Under the pieces are notes generated by a model. It saw only the letters and a program-made list of their open reading frames with translations. It searched no databases and had not been told where the DNA came from. Positions 63,468 through 64,000 of a stretch of DNA of 64,000 nucleotides are shown piece by piece. The stretch is taken from the IMG/VR virus record IMGVR_UViG_3300042878_001497, positions 96,001-160,000 of that record. The stretch is one strand, 5' to 3'. The stretch's first letter is position 1, and every line of letters begins with the position of its first letter. The DNA comes from a virus. A program made the translations under genes and the position numbers.

Positions 63468-64000
63468 ATGGAATTAAATTCTCTTTTAAACGAATCAGCA
63501 CAGGGCTTCAAGTCTCTGCAAGCTGATGCTGCTAGACTCGCTGACAAGTGGTCTGCAACTGGTCTTCTTGAGGGTCTTGGCAACGAGATCGACAAGAACA
63601 ATATGTCTATGATCCTTGAGAACCAGGCAAAACAAATCATCAAGGAATCCAACGCTACCAATGCTAACGGCGGAGCCGAGCAGTGGGCTGGTGTTGCTCT
63701 ACCGCTTGTAAGAAAGGTATTCGCTCAGATCGCTGCTAAAGATTTCGTATCTGTACAGCCTATGAACCTTCCTTCAGGTCTTGTATTCTATCTTGACTTC
63801 AAGTACGGTACTACTGCTAACGGAAGAACTGACGGTGACAATATGTACGGTAACGTATCTACTGCTAACAACAAGATGTCTGTAGACGAGGAAGTTTCTG
63901 GCGGCCTTTACGGTGCTGGTCAATTCGGCTACACTATCAACTCAGCTTCTTTAGCTATCACTCAATCTACTGGTGCTGCTACTTCAGCTTCTATCGGATA
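63468..64000 (+). CDS. major capsid protein (gp23-like), 3'-truncated by the window (not in ORF track)
   Basis: MELNSLLNES...KWSATGLLEGL...MILENQAKQ...LPLVRKVF...VSVQPMNLPSGLVFYLDFKYG. Confidence 0.93.
   Translation, partial: MELNSLLNESAQGFKSLQADAARLADKWSATGLLEGLGNEIDKNNMSMILENQAKQIIKESNATNANGGAEQWAGVALPLVRKVFAQIAAKDFVSVQPMNLPSGLVFYLDFKYGTTANGRTDGDNMYGNVSTANNKMSVDEEVSGGLYGAGQFGYTINSASLAITQSTGAATSASIG

Noticed and set aside
381-63661. Minus-strand ORFs in the track other than 22994..23272
   Set aside because: They are antisense shadows of well-supported + strand genes, with no promoter motif or recognisable protein features.
1-64000. Stop-codon reassignment as in some Bacteroidota phages
   Set aside because: Terminase, portal and the 1575 aa gene are intact in code 11, and TAG, TGA and TAA all end genes at sensible boundaries.

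Overview
64 kb of a large lytic myovirus genome with a T4-like head module. The host is very probably a Bacteroidota bacterium, inferred from promoters shaped like the Bacteroidota -33/-7 consensus and from A-rich leaders without Shine-Dalgarno sequences. Nearly all genes are on the + strand. Left to right: (1) 1-11.7 kb, a cluster of glycosyltransferases and nucleotide-sugar enzymes. (2) 11.7-17.2 kb, small early/regulatory genes (TraR/DksA-type zinc finger, degenerate HNH, DUF932, GIY-YIG). (3) 17.2-18.1 kb, a repeat-rich block with 13 AACCGT copies, 7 semi-palindromic 18-mers and a leftward promoter with no ORF. (4) 18.1-22.8 kb, an array of about 14 tiny genes, almost each with its own copy of a GTTG-N20-TAYMTTTAG promoter and usually a GTTATG leader. 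(5) 23-27 kb, T5orf172, HD-domain and gp55-like sigma genes. (6) 27-41 kb, baseplate/tail genes. (7) 41-55 kb, a kinase-like gene, primase, exonuclease, two nucleotidyltransferases (one in a four-domain polyprotein), a HAD phosphatase and many small late genes. (8) 55-64 kb, terminase, portal, prohead protease, scaffold and the start of the major capsid gene. Late genes share a TATTTAT(A/T) motif. Two signals stand out. First, about 16 unrelated proteins, including enzymes, share an N-terminal MKLxxL(L/I)xE-type leader that resembles a capsid-targeting/prohead-protease propeptide, suggesting a packaged enzyme payload. Second, the AACCGT array is the reverse complement of the ACGGTT motif in the early-gene leaders. 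No tRNA, rRNA or CRISPR array was seen. All product calls come from motifs read by eye; no database search was run.
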